From contig CM075977.1 of the NCBI GenBank assembly GCA_038087875.1, forward strand, positions 127,844,001 to 127,908,000: a stretch of 64,000 bases of DNA, read 5' to 3'. This DNA comes from Malacoraja senta. Taxonomy: Eukaryota. Below the pieces are notes generated by a model. That model saw nothing but the letters and a program-made list of their open reading frames with translations. It had not been told where the DNA came from and ran no database searches. The position numbers and the translations under genes are program-made. Below, piece by piece: positions 1-12,478 of the stretch. Numbering within the stretch: position 1 is the first letter of the stretch; each line of letters starts with the position of its first letter.

Positions 1-700
1 AGAGCGTTTAGAAGGCTGAAACAAAAATCCTGATGGTCGATGTGGAGAGAATGCTTATTTTTCAGGAGAGTATAAAACTTGGTGGTCACTGTTTTTTTTT
101 TAAAAGGCTCACCCATTCAAGAGAGAGATGAGGCTAAGTTCTCAGAGTATTGTGAGTGTGGAATTCCCTTCCTCAGAGAATGATGGAAGCGCAGTTATTA
201 AATATTTTAATGGCAAATGGAGGTAGATTCTTGGTAAACCATGGAGTGGCACATTACTCCCGTCGGTAGTCAGTAATTTGGAGGTGAGGTTACATCAGAT
301 TAGCCATTATCTTATTGAATGCACAGACTCTTCAGGAAAGGTAGCCTATTCTGCCATTCATTAAGGCCATCTTGGTAGGTCAACTCCTTATAGGGTTTTA
401 CCAATTTTAGTCTGGAATATCTTGGCAAAAGTTTGATTCCATAGGGTATCCTTGTGTATGAATATAACCCTTTGTGCTTGCAGATGGTTAGTTGATGCTA
501 ACCATCTTTGTTGTAGTTAATTGTGCATAGATGGTATACGCTCTAATTTTGTGAATTCATTTGATCCTGCCAACTCCACACACATCTCACAAAATGGGAC
601 ATGGGTATTGTTCATTGTTTACATCGTAATTAGGTGTGACTGTAATGTCTTAGCACATCCACATCATTTTGTCTAGCTTAGGCACAGCGTCATTAGTATG

Positions 701-990
701 GGGTGGCACAGTGGCGCATCGGTAGAGTTGCTGCCTTACAGCGCTGGAGACCCGGGTTAGATCTCTGTCTGTACGGAGTTTGTACGTTCGCCCTGTGACT
801 GCATGTGTTTTCTCAGGATGCTCCAGTTTCCTCCCATATTCCAAAAACATACAGGTTTGTAGGTTAATTGGTTTAGGTAAAAATTGTAAATTGTCCCTAC
901 GGTGTAGGAAAGTGTTAGTGTATGGGGATTGCTGGTCGGTGCCGAAGGGCCTGTTTCCGCACTGTATCTCGAAAGAATAAAGTCTAAATT
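701..990 (+). mobile_element. tRNA-derived SINE (HE1/V-SINE-like)
   Basis: A-box-like TGGCGCATCGGT head, conserved core, CR1-type tail GCCGAAGGGCCTGTTTCC. Confidence 0.8.
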
Positions 991-1304
991 ATGGTTCAGT
1001 CACTGGTCAATTTTCACAAGCACACCATTTTGTTCTAGTTTTCTCAATGAGATTCTTAAGTATAAAGGGACAGGTCTGGGCTTGCTAAGCCCCGCTTCCC
1101 ATCTGGTCAGATGCCAATGTGCACATTGTACCCTGTTCTGCCAGTTCAAACATACTGTCTGTCCTTTCCAACAATGTATCAAAGTGTGCCTTTGAAGCAC
1201 CAGCATTGAAAACATTTTTCTAATCTGGCTTCAGTCACTTGTAGGAAAGAACTGCAGATGCTGGTTTAAATCGAAGGTAGACACAAAATGCTGGAGTAAC
1301 TCAG

Positions 1305-1757
1305 AGTTACAGCGTGGAAAAAGTCCCTTTGTCCCACTGAGTCCGCACTAACCAGTGATCCCCGCATATTAACACCATCCTACATACACAAGGGACAACT
1401 TACACTTATACCAAGTCAATTTACCTACATACCTGTACGTCTTTGGAATTTAGTTTAGTTTAGTTTAGAGATACAGTGTGGAAACAGGCCCTTCGCCCCA
1501 CCGGGTCCACGCCCACTAACACTATCCTAAACACACACTAGGGACAATTAAAAAAAAACATTTACCAAGCCAATTTACCTACAAACCTGTACGTCCTTGG
1601 AGCGTGAGAGGAAACCAAAGATCTTGGAGAAACCCCACGCAGTCACGGGGAGAACGTACAAACTCCGTACAAACAGCACCCATAGTCTGGATCGAACCCG
1701 GGTCTCCGGCGCTGCAAGCGCTGTAAGGCAGCAATTCTACCGCTGCGCGACCGTGCT
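1305..1757 (-). mobile_element. Two nested or adjacent HE1-like SINE copies
   Basis: Reverse complement of the 701-990 family; B-box GGTTCGATCC; (TTTAG)n tail. Confidence 0.75.
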
Positions 1758-2864
1758 TCTTGATCTTTCACCAAACAATCTGCAACAGTATCAATCAATC
1801 AGTGTTGTTAATCAACACCTTTCCTCAAAAGTCTGTCCACTGAGTTACTATTTATGGCACAGAAAGTGTACAGATCTTAACTATCTTAATAAGCTTCCAA
1901 ACGATGAAGACCTTCATCTGCTGTCATTTTAAATTGAGTGAATTGCTTTGTTACTTGACTAATCCTTTGATTTGTGGACTGTTGAAAAGTGACCTATCTT
2001 TGGCAATTGAAGCACTTTGCCTTTCTAAATTGACAAAACTGTGGAGAGCAAAGGCCATTGCAATAGAAATGGAATGAATTGGCCTCACTAGCATGGTACA
2101 GATGAGTTTTGTGGCCTTGAACTTTGGTGTAATTCTCTAACCGTTGACTGCAGCCACACCAGTCACTGAGGATGCACTAAATTCTGTGGCATGCCATTTC
2201 CTTTGCAAATAAATTTTACATATAAATTCAAAAGATGTTTTCATGCCTAACAGTTTCAATTGAACTTGTTTCTTTTATCACATGAACAATCCAAAATGGC
2301 TCCAGAATGGCAATGCTAATTTAGATTCTTTATTGAAAAATATACTCACTGTTCCATTCTGTTCTTGCCCCTTAACCCAACTTAGCTTTCTCCTATTTAT
2401 AATGGCCTCTGGGTAATTTCCTCTTCATGTTTCTGCATTAGTTCTTTAATTAAGCCAACTAATATTTGACATCAGAGAACCTTGGCACACTATGTTCCTC
2501 CAGCAATTTGTTTTTTGCTCAAGATCCTAGCAGCTGCATTCTCTTGTGCCTCCAACTAACATCTTTAGCCATTTGAATCTTGATCCTACAGGCGATCCTA
2601 TGCCTTGATCCTACAGGCGATCTAGTGATTTATCAACATTGTAGCTTGATGGCCCATTCGTTCTTAGTGGTATACATGGAGGCCTTAGACAAATAAGCTT
2701 TATTGCGAATGGTCTCATGAAAACACTGTGAAAAATTAGTTTATTTGCGACAAACATATCTATAATTTGGCAAGTGGCAGCCATCAATTTCCTTCACCAT
2801 ATGAATATATATGAAATATATGTAAAAATAGCATTCTTATTGCTAAATTGTCTTCCTATTCTAG

Positions 2865-3105
2865 ACATTGGACTTTAGACAGACCCAATGAGTCTGCACC
2901 GATCAAGACACAAGTGAAAATTTACAATTTTACAAAAGCCAATTTACCTACAAACATACTTCTTTGGAGTGTGGGCAGAAACCGGAGCATCCGGAGAAAA
3001 TCCACGCGGTCACGGGGAGAACGTACAAACTCCGTACAGACAGCAGCCGGAGGCAGGTTCCCTTGCGCTGTAAGGCAGCAACTCTACTGCTGCCCCACTG
3101 TGCTG
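2865..3105 (-). mobile_element. HE1-like SINE
   Basis: Same family core (CACGCGGTCACGGGGAGAACGTACAAACTCCG). Confidence 0.75.
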
Positions 3106-3529
3106 CCTCATCAGGCCTTCTTCTGAGGCTATCTCTTAGGATTGAGGATGAAGTGTTTCCATTCCAGTTTTGTGGGTTCTAAGATGACTGATGATGCCAA
3201 CATTGGAGCAGACTGGTTTCGGATCTTCCAAATGTTGGGATTGTCCATGAGAATCCTGACATTCCAGGCTTCGTATATTGGAATAGAAAATGCAGTTTGT
3301 TTGAACACAGAAGAGCCTTGGCATACCAGTTACGACATTAGCTTCACATAGTCAGGTCAGTGTTATTTTTCTTGCAGGATTTACATATTATAAATTGGTA
3401 ATGTTATTAAATGTGGGACTGTAAGAATAAAGAGGGTAGAGATCACTACAGTCAGTCCAGGCTTATTACTCACACATGTGTTCACCCATGCTTCAGAGCT
3501 TGAATGCCAATCATTTTGGTTGGCTTTAG

Positions 3530-3965
3530 AAACATAGAAAATTTACCAGTGCATGAAGATTTCCCAGAGCCGTATGGCATAGAAATTAACTTTTGTCCCA
3601 ACATCCATTCTGGCCAATCCCACTTGCATTAATACTGTGAGTTTCTACTTTTCTATCCAAGTACCTACCAAATACCTTTTAAACATTTAATTTCTCCATC
3701 TCACCTTAAACCTATACTCTACAAACTTAAACTACGGGTTGAAAACTCTGGGTTGAAAACTCTGACTATCTTATCTATGCCCCTTTTAATCTTATGAACC
3801 TCTATACGATTGTCCCTCAGCCTCTTACATTCCAGTGAGAGCAAACCCAGCTATTCTATGCAACACCCTGGCACGTCTCTTCTGCTTTCCTTTAAATGCT
3901 GGCACATGCTTCCAGTAATGTGGCAGCCAGAACTGTACACAATACTCTAAGTGCACTCTAACAAA
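3530..3965 (-). mobile_element. CR1 LINE 3' fragment
   Basis: [11 protein letters not shown] motif of the CR1 ORF2 C-terminus. Confidence 0.75.
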
Positions 3966-4158
3966 TGGAGACACACGGAACTGCAGATGCGGGAATCTTG
4001 AGCAAAAACTCAAAGTGCACACTCAGCGAGTCAGGTAGCAGCTGTGGACGGAAAGGACAGGTAACATTTCGGGTCAGTCTGTGGAAGGGTCCCAACCTGA
4101 AATGTACCTGTTCATTCCCTCCTGACCCGCTGAGTTCTTTCCACACTTTGTGTTTTGC
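3966..4158. mobile_element. Fold-back Penelope-like element copy
   Basis: GAACTGCAGATGC...ACTCAGCG / CGCTGAGT inverted arms with a degenerate hammerhead core. Confidence 0.6.
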
Positions 4159-4974
4159 GATCTTACAAATATTTTGTACAGCTGCAACCTGACATCTCTT
4201 ATACTGTGTGGCTGTGTAATATTTTTACGAACACATGTAAAGTATAAGTTCTGGTGTATTTGCCAAATAGCACATTTGAACTATTAAAATGCTGAGTGTC
4301 TGTGGCATTATCACACTTTCAAAATTCAAGCACACCACAAAGGTTCTACTGTTTAGTCAGGATCACAGTAGGAACACACATAAATACAGAATCTCCATGC
4401 TAAAAGACACCTTGCAGCAGTCAGTGATGTACATAATACCGTACTGTAAGCTCCCACTAACACCACTGTGGAAATCACAAAGTACCTGAAACATCACGTA
4501 TCCTTTTTCGCCAGAGATGCTGCCTGACCTACTGAGTTACTCCAGCACTTTGTGTCTAGCTTTGGTATCAACCAGCATCTGCAGTTTTGTTGTTTCTACA
4601 TCTTAATTTTTTTTGTTCCTTTTGACTGAGTTCCTTTTGATCCTCGCGGCCTACCACCTGGATTGGAGCGGCCTTTCCTGCCGGGGACCGGACCAGAGCT
4701 TCAGCGGGTTTTGAGAATTCAAAACAATGGTGGAGAAAGAATACTTCAAGGTTTCCAAAGAATAGAAACACAGTACATTAAAGTATTATGAAATACAGTA
4801 AAAAGATTAGTTAAAGATTAAACAAGTCACAAGTCTCACCCCCTTCTGCTTGTTGGTTCTTCACTGATATGAGTAATGTTGGTAGAAACGAGTCTCACAC
4901 CTTTATTCTGCACAGCAGTGACACCTTAATAGTGATCTGGCTGAGAGAACGGTCGCAAGGGTCCTGACACCATT

Positions 4975-5710
4975 TTGGATCCTAGACTGAAGGGGGGAGG
5001 GGGGGAGGGTAAAGGGGAAACTGTTTCCCAGTCGCGTCCTGGCGAGGACGTGACTATTCTCCGAGTCCCGTCCTCGCCCCCCTCCTCGCGGCCTACCACC
5101 TGGATTGGAGCGGCCTTTCCTGCTGGGGACCGGACCAGAGCTTCAACAGCGGAGTCGCAGCGCTGGATTCACCGCGGAGCGGGCGATGCCTACCTGGATC
5201 GCCGTTTGGAGCTCCGGAGCGTTGGGCCGCTGCTCCAACATCGCGGAGCTGGGGTTTGGAGAGCTTCCAGCGTGGGCGGCGTTGAACAACATCGCGGAGC
5301 CCTGGGGCCTTTGCCGAGGGCCGCCAGCGTTGCATCTCCGCCCAGCGCGGCCTGCGGACATTGGACTCCGGTAGGAGGTGCCCGACTCGGATGTCCAGGC
5401 CGCTGAGGAGGTCCTCCAGTCCTGACATCAGACTTCCATCACCCCGGCGAGCGGGCCCGAACATCGGGTCGCCCGGAGCGGCGACAGCGGGGGGTTCGGG
5501 AGCCATCCCGACCACGGGAAGACAACAGAAGAGGACAATTGAATTTTTGGAGCCTTCTCTCACAGTGGGAATTTGATCCCGCTGTGTGGGGATGTCTGTG
5601 TTATCGTGTCCTGTGTTCTTTATTATTTATTCGTATGGCTGTATGGCGACCACACATTTCACTGTACCAATTGGTACATGTGACAAATAAATCTATCTTG
5701 TATCTTGTAA
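4975..5710 (+). mobile_element. CpG-rich non-autonomous retroelement with (TCTTGTA)n tail; partial duplicate at 4641-4708
   Basis: High CpG content, AATAAA plus short tandem tail, 3' end similar to the Rex1-type LINE tail; no credible ORF. Confidence 0.55.
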
Positions 5711-5717
5711 GTGAAGT

Positions 5718-5998
5718 CACAGCCTCAGAATTAAAGAACGTTCTTTTAGGAAGGAGATGAGGAGACATTTATTTAGTCAGAGGGTGGTGAATCTGGAATT
5801 CTTTGCCACAGAAGGCTGTGGATATTTTTAAGGCAGAGATAGATAGATTCTTGATTAGTACAGGTGTCAGAGGTTATGGGGTGAAGGCAGTAGAATGGGG
5901 TTAAGAGGGAGAAATAGATCAGCCATGATTGAATGGTGGAGTAGACTTGATAGACTGAAAGGCCTAATTCTACTCCTATCACTTATGACCTTATGACT
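5718..5998 (+). mobile_element. CR1 LINE 3' end
   Basis: [10 protein letters not shown]-type sequence and (CTTATGA)n tail. Confidence 0.8.
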
Positions 5999-7224
5999 CA
6001 ATAAGCCCACACTTCTTCCCGAGTCTGCAACCAAGTCACTTGTATTTTTTTAAAACTAGGTACCCTATTTAGTGATGGTAACAGGGGTTATTTATCATGT
6101 CAGGATTGAGCTAATCTTTGGGAAGAAAAGTTTGCCTTGTCTTACAATTAAATGTCCTTGAGTCTGCGTGATCTGAGGCCTCGTGATTTTCTAGTTCTTC
6201 CAACAGGGCACAATTATTTGCCTAAACACATAATTGCTATTCTGAGTGAGCCTGCTTGCTCGACATATGAACTGTTTGCAGACAACTCTACTAAAAAATC
6301 TATTTTAACCCCTATATTACACCGAGCCATCAATATTGGTCAGTTTTGTTACGTGTGGCCAAAGGGAACAACACGCATTCGAGATTAACATTTCATCGAA
6401 TGATGGCACACTGGACGAGAGTCGGTCTAGATTTTATTGCCAGAATTGCAGGAATGGACTTTGAGCTTAAGATCGACAAGTCGTTCCCGAGTTATTAACC
6501 CCCTAATTTTGGACACCCGTCACATAAGTGAACAAGCGCTTGGGAGACAGGCAGGATTGATTTGCCAGTCGCTGTGGAGTTGCGAACATCTTCTGCTGGG
6601 TAGGAAGGGGGCGTTTCCACACATCTTCCCTCCCATCTGCCCCATCACAACAATTGGGATTTGGGTCGAGCTGAGCAGAGCTGGGAGCACAGGGCAGCCT
6701 ATCGCTCACTCACCGAGTCTGTGAGTCCGGCGGATGGCTGCTCTTCCCATGGCATCTTCCCGCGCACAGCTGTTTCTGCGATTCTCTCTCGCCCCCACAC
6801 TGCTTTGGTTTATTTCCGTCTTTCAAACATTTCATGTCACCAACAGTTCTCAGGAGCGGAACCTTGTGGTAACCTGGGGATATCCTGGACAGCTTCAGCG
6901 TGAGGTTAACTGAATCACAGCTGACAGTTTAAAGTATCAAAGTTTCACCTCAAACCAGATGTCAGGCATTCGATTATATTTAACAGAAACCCTTTGTAAA
7001 TAGTAGCACAGTTTATCATGATTTATCTGTTGCCATTAAATAATTTTGGAAGAAATTATTTGTAGAGAAAGGATTGGTGTTTATTACTGTTGAACCATAA
7101 TTTAACATTAATCATTTGCATTTTTCATCATGGAAATTTATATTTAATAAATGACATGATATAGATGACTCAGTTTTCTGCTTTTCGTCTTAGTATATAT
7201 TAAGATTTCCATGGGGATAATTTA

Positions 7225-7490
7225 GAATTTACTTTAGACTTTTAGTAATACTGCATGGAAACTGTCCCCTCGGCCCACCGAGTCCGCACCAACCAGCTGT
7301 CACTCTGTGTCAATTAACCCACAAATCTGCACATCTTTGGAATGTGGGAGGTAACCTGAGCACCTGGAAAAGACCCACACGTCACAGGGAGAATGTACAC
7401 ATTCCGTACAGACAGCACCCGAGGTCAGGATCGAACCCGGGCCTCCGGCACTGTAAGGTAGCAGCTCTACCGCTGAGCTACTGTGCCGTC
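7225..7490 (-). mobile_element. HE1-like SINE
   Basis: Family core plus B-box. Confidence 0.75.
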
Positions 7491-7839
7491 CTTGATGCGC
7501 TTGCAGTTTAAGTTTTGCCAATCAATGTTAAATTGAGTGTACTCTGTAACACTTTAAAATACAAAAGAGAAACTACTTGTGGAAGTGGGTTTGGAGATGT
7601 AGAGGTACCAGGTGAGGATTTGCTGTGCTTTAATTCACAAGAGGGCAATGGTGCTTGGTTTGATTATCCTAGACTGGCATCCCAAAGGTCTGTTGCACCC
7701 TGAGTTCTAAGAGCAACCGGTTTAGTTCATTTCATTCACATTCCTCAGTCTTGCTGGGGCCATGAGGTACCTGCCCAGTAATAATCCCACTCAGATCCAA
7801 GAATATCAACTCCATACTTGCAAACCTGTGGATGTAATT

Positions 7840-8097
7840 TAGATGAGGAAACACTTTTTCACGCAGAGAGTTGTGAGTGTGGCATTCTCTGCCTCAGAGG
7901 GCGGTGGAGGCCGGTTCTCTGGATACTTTCAAGAGAGAGCTAGATAGGGCTCTTAAAGATAGTGGAGTCAGGGGATATGGGGAGAAGGCAGGAACGGGTG
8001 TTCTGATTGTGGATGATCAGCCATGATCATATCGAATGGCGGTGCTGGCTCGAAGGGCCGAATGGCCTACATCTGCACCTATTGTCTATTGTCTATT
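7840..8097 (+). mobile_element. CR1 LINE 3' end
   Basis: (CTATTGT)n tail; CR1 3' UTR. Confidence 0.8.
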
Positions 8098-8685
8098 AGT
8101 TCAGTAAGAGGGTGGCTGATCTTTATCTAAACTATCAATTTGTCTCGGTTCTTTAGCTCTTAATCCTCCAGCTCTTTCAGTTGGGTTGCTTCTTCCTTCT
8201 GAAGTGCAGGTTTCATTGCCTTGAATGCCAATCGGCAGCCGGATCAGATATGGACGAGGTCTTTTCACCTGACTTAGAAGCTGCTTGTGGAAAGACAATG
8301 ACAGTAGAATTGGTATTCTGGAGGAATTGAATCAGGTCACCCTCCTTCATCCAAATGCTATTGACCTAAAATGCTTTTTTTATAATTTGTTTTTCCATTT
8401 CCACACATAAACTTCATTAATATGATACACAAAATGATCATGTCCTTGACTATCAATGGCCTTGGTGCAGAAGATCATCATTCTGGTATCTGATCAGCAC
8501 ATTCACGTTGTTTTGCTTGTCCTAGATCATTGATGAATGACACAAAGTGCTACTAATTCTATCTTAAATTCCATGTGATGTTTGACCATCCTTTAGGGCA
8601 ATGTGGAGTTCATCATAGGTGAGGACGAGGAAAGACTTTTCCTTCCCAGGAGTCAGAAGGAACTCTTGTTAAGATTGAAAATTAT

Positions 8686-10019
8686 TCCAAAATTTTTGAA
8701 TTTTTGTACAGAAAACAAATGAGTGCGCTATAGTAGCTTCTTGGGATTGACATTTATCATAAATGGATGATACATTTGGGGACATTTTATGGATTTTAGT
8801 TTTGGAATAATATAATCTATGTAAAATTTTTAATTGTATTAAAGTGTGTCTTACATTAATCGAACATTTATGCACGTTTAATAAGTGTTCATTCCACCTT
8901 TCCTTTGAAATTTTAATAGCTAACTCTTGTTCCCGGTCTCTTCTGATACCCTCCGTAGATGGTATTTCTACATTTAAGATAATATTATACAAATATGATA
9001 TTAAGTTTGCTGATTCAGCTTTTATCTGCATTGCCTCATCCAATACATCTGCTGGGCTATTATAATGGTCTTTTGTATATTTTTTCAAATAGTCGCATAT
9101 TTGAAAATATTTAAAATATTGATTATTTCCAAGTTTATATTTTATTTGTAATTGTTGAAATGAAAGTAATTTTCCAGTTTCATACAGGTCACCGAACGTT
9201 TTAATTCCTAGTCTATCCCAATGTATAAAAGATTTATCTATAATCGAGGGATTAAACGAAGGGTTATTAACTATGGGAGATAATAGTGATAAATTTCTTA
9301 ATTTTAAATTTTCGAAATCTTTACAAAATTATTTAAAATAAAACTGATACCCAAAGCAGAATGGATTATCTTCGGAATAACGGAAGATGGTCCAGAACTA
9401 AATGTGTTTCAAAAGAAATTAATAGACTATGGGTTAATAACTGGAAAAAGCTAATCCTAAAATTTTGGAAGAAAGCTCCAATACCAACTATAAACATGTG
9501 GATTTCAAATATGTTCGAAACATTGCACCTAGAAAAGATAAGACTCCTCCTGGCAGGTAAACCAGATCACTTCCATCTGACGTGGTCTGCATTTATAGAA
9601 TTATTACAAATATAGGTCGCAAAGGTACCTTTAAAAAAAAACTGAGGTCAGGTAAAGGATGATGATAGTTGGAAAGTTGATATGTCCCATTTACGTAATG
9701 CTCATAAAAACTATTTGTTTTTCTCTTTCTCCTCTTTCTCTTTCTCCTTCTTTTCTAGGGTCTATTTCTTTACTCTTTTTCTTTTGTTTTTAATTTTGTT
9801 CTGATAGGGTCTTCGTTCTGTCTTGTTGTCACACTTTCTACACTTTCACTTTTTCCTTCACTTTCTTCTTTCTTTCAATCTTATCCTTTCCTTTTACTAG
9901 TGTAAAAAACAAACGGAGTACATTAATCGTAAGAAGATATAAGTGACGAGTACTAATGTATGTGGTTGTAATGTAATGTACTTCTAATAAATAAAAAATA
10001 AAAAAAAAATAAAAAAAAA
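8686..10019. mobile_element. 5'-truncated, 5'-inverted L1-clade LINE with poly(A) tail and TSD
   Basis: ORF2 C-terminal peptide on the minus strand (about 9310-8686) continues on the plus strand from about 9310; AATAAA at 9986; A-tail; TSD ATTGAAAATTAT at 8674-8685 and 10020-10031. Confidence 0.88.
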
Positions 10020-10329
10020 ATTGAAAATTATATAAACCAGAACTGTGGTCATGAATTGGCAGTGAAAATACCAGAAATAATTATACAGAGTGGAGGGACC
10101 AAGGTGCCTTTAGAGAGTGAGAACTCCATGATTTATATGGTCTATGAATTTTTATTGTGAGGTGCAAAGTTTTTTATGCTACATAATAGAATTAGTTCAT
10201 GCTTCGGTAACCAACGTACTTCCAGGTATTTCTTGAACGGAGGCTCAAACACTTCCCTCCACCAACACATTCATTCATCTTGCTGAACATGTTCTCCTTC
10301 ACCTCCACTCATAGCCCAAACTACAGATG

Positions 10330-10650
10330 TATATTTGTGCAATATGCAGAACAGTTCTTGTTTCAGCCTCACTAACCTTCCAGTCCCACCCCAACCCCCC
10401 CCACCCCTTCCCCCCCACTCGTATCCAGTATATCAGTGACAGTACTGGTGCTTCCTACACTCAAATGGAGCTAAAAAATGCCATGACATTTGCTCCCACT
10501 TTCCATTATCCCACCATCGTCCATCTCTGACTGCTCCCTTAGATTTCTGGGTCTCTCTGGCCCCATCGTGCGGATAGGTGAGTTGAAAGCACCCCTTAAA
10601 GCCCATAGACTCTCACAGAATTCTTGACTACACGCAAGTCATCTATTACA
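10330..10650 (+). mobile_element. Degenerate Penelope-like RT fragment
   Basis: QYISDSTGAS..EL..FH resembles the PLE RYIDDCIGA..EL..FHP motif; KPIDSH..LDYT follows. Confidence 0.5.
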
Positions 10651-10669
10651 TATCGGGAAAAAACATGAG

Positions 10670-10990
10670 TGGAATAGTCTTTTCACCAGGAGAATGGAGC
10701 CCAAAGCTAGAGAGCAGAGGTTTATGGTAAGGGGGTAAGATTTAAAAGCGACCCCAGAGGCAACTTTTTCACACAGAGGGTGATCCCCAGATAGAACAAG
10801 CTACTAGAGGAAATGGTAGCGGTGGGTACAATTATGACATTAAAAGATTTTTGGACATGTACATGAACAGGAAAAGTTTGGAAGGAAATGGGCTGGGCAC
10901 AACCAATGGACCAAATTGGTTAAGCAACTTGATCAGCATGGATGAGTTAGGTCAAAGGGCCTGTTTCCATACTGTTTGCTTCTATGACTG
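10670..10990 (+). mobile_element. CR1 LINE 3' end
   Basis: CR1 3' motifs and tail. Confidence 0.7.
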
Positions 10991-11114
10991 ATGTTGCTGT
11001 GTGAAATTCTCTTCCAATAAATGCTGTGGGCCATACATATTGAAACGTCTTTAACGGGAAGCTTCCTTTTTAGTTCCAGGTTCCAAATATAGATCCCTCC
11101 TGGTCAATGTCTGT

Positions 11115-11700
11115 GTTTGAGTTTAGTTTATTATCATGTGTACTAAGGTATAGTAAAAAGCTTTTGTTGCATGCTAATCAGTCAGTGGAAAGACAATACA
11201 TGATTACAATCGAGCGATCCACAGTGTACAGATTCATAATAAAGGGAATAATGTGAATAATGTTTAGTGCAAGATAAAGCCAGTAAAGTCCGTTGAAAGA
11301 TAGTCCGAGGGTCTCCAATGAGGTAGATAGTAGTTCAGGACCCCTCTCTAGTTGTTGATAGGATGTTTCAGTTGCCTGGATAACAGCTGGGAAGAAACTG
11401 TCCCCTGAATCTGGTGGTGTGCATTTTCATACTTTTTATACCTTTTGTCTGATGGGAGAGGGGAAAAGAGGGTGTGACCAGGGTGCGACATCCTCGATTA
11501 TGCTGCTGGCCTTGCTGAGGCAGTGTGAGGTATAAATGAAGTAATGGAAGTGAGGTTGGTTTGTGTGATGGGCTGGGCTGCGTCCAGAATTGCAATTCTC
11601 TGCAATTTCTTGCTGTCTTGGATGGAGCAGTTCCCACCAGTGATGCATCCTGAAGAAATGCTGTATGCGCATCTGTGGAAATTGGTAAGTTGGCCAGTGA
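11115..11700 (-). mobile_element. Rex1/Babar-like LINE 3' fragment
   Basis: IYTSHCLSKASSIIED peptide; same family as 56480-57010 and 33820-34145. Confidence 0.7.
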
Positions 11701-12439
11701 GTTGGTAATGGCCAATGTGTTGAACTGCCCTTGATTACTTTCCAAACCCACTAACTGAGCAGCTCTTGAGGCACCCGTCTCTTCCCTACCCTGACCATCT
11801 GTACAAATATAATATCCCTACTCCTCTCCCCACCACCCTTTGCCCCCCAACCTCCATCCTCTTCTACCTGCCCTTGATCCTCTCCACCCAGTCCTGACTC
11901 TGCTCCCATCACCAGTTCTGGCTGCACAATAACCCTCTCCCACCCCTATTTTTCCAAGTTATCAGCTCCCCAAAAACCCCTCCCCATTGCTTGCCACGAA
12001 TCCCTTCAAAGTGCTTAACCATTACCAGTTAGCTTATGTTTGATCCCACTACAAGCTTACAGAATGACTGAAATGGTCTGTGCAAATCCACAGCATGGAA
12101 TTCCAATAAATTGGTCATTATTCACAAAAAGCACCACGCTAAAGAAACAGTTGTGAGATCTGGAACATTTTACAGTGTTTGGTGCAGTACTGTGGTTATT
12201 TTTTTAAGTCGCATTTAAAGGATATTTTTGTTCCCCTTTAAAAGATTTGTCTTGGCTTCTGGACGAGAGTGCTCAGTTGAGGAAAAATAGTTAGAATGGA
12301 TCATTGTTCTATCACCCAAAACAGTAATTCAATATAAATAGGATACAGATGTGTTGTGACAAATTAAAATGCATTCCAAACTATGAAATCAATCAGATGC
12401 TAATGCAACAATCAAGTGGCTCTGGAAGAATCATGACAC

Positions 12440-12478
12440 GCAAACCAACAAAACAACAGCAGAGCAGTCTGTTTTATT
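12440..12478 (-). terminator. Probable distal polyadenylation signal with GU-rich downstream element
   Basis: Minus-strand AATAAA at 12473-12478 followed by TGTTGTTTTGTTGGTTTG (about 12441-12458); other AATAAA at 12732, 12811 and 12964 may be alternative sites. Confidence 0.6.

Noticed and set aside
701-790. tRNA-like sequence
   Set aside because: SINE head repeated many times in the window; no complete cloverleaf.
2579-2626. 25-bp direct repeat (and 14-bp repeat at about 3736-3763)
   Set aside because: Simple two-copy tandem duplications; not CRISPR-like, and the context is eukaryotic.
4975-5576. Several overlapping 70-156 aa ORFs on both strands
   Set aside because: By-product of a GC-rich repeat; no domain similarity or splice context.
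1-12400. Possible exons of the usual downstream neighbour COMMD10
   Set aside because: No recognisable COMMD10 peptide or exon found.
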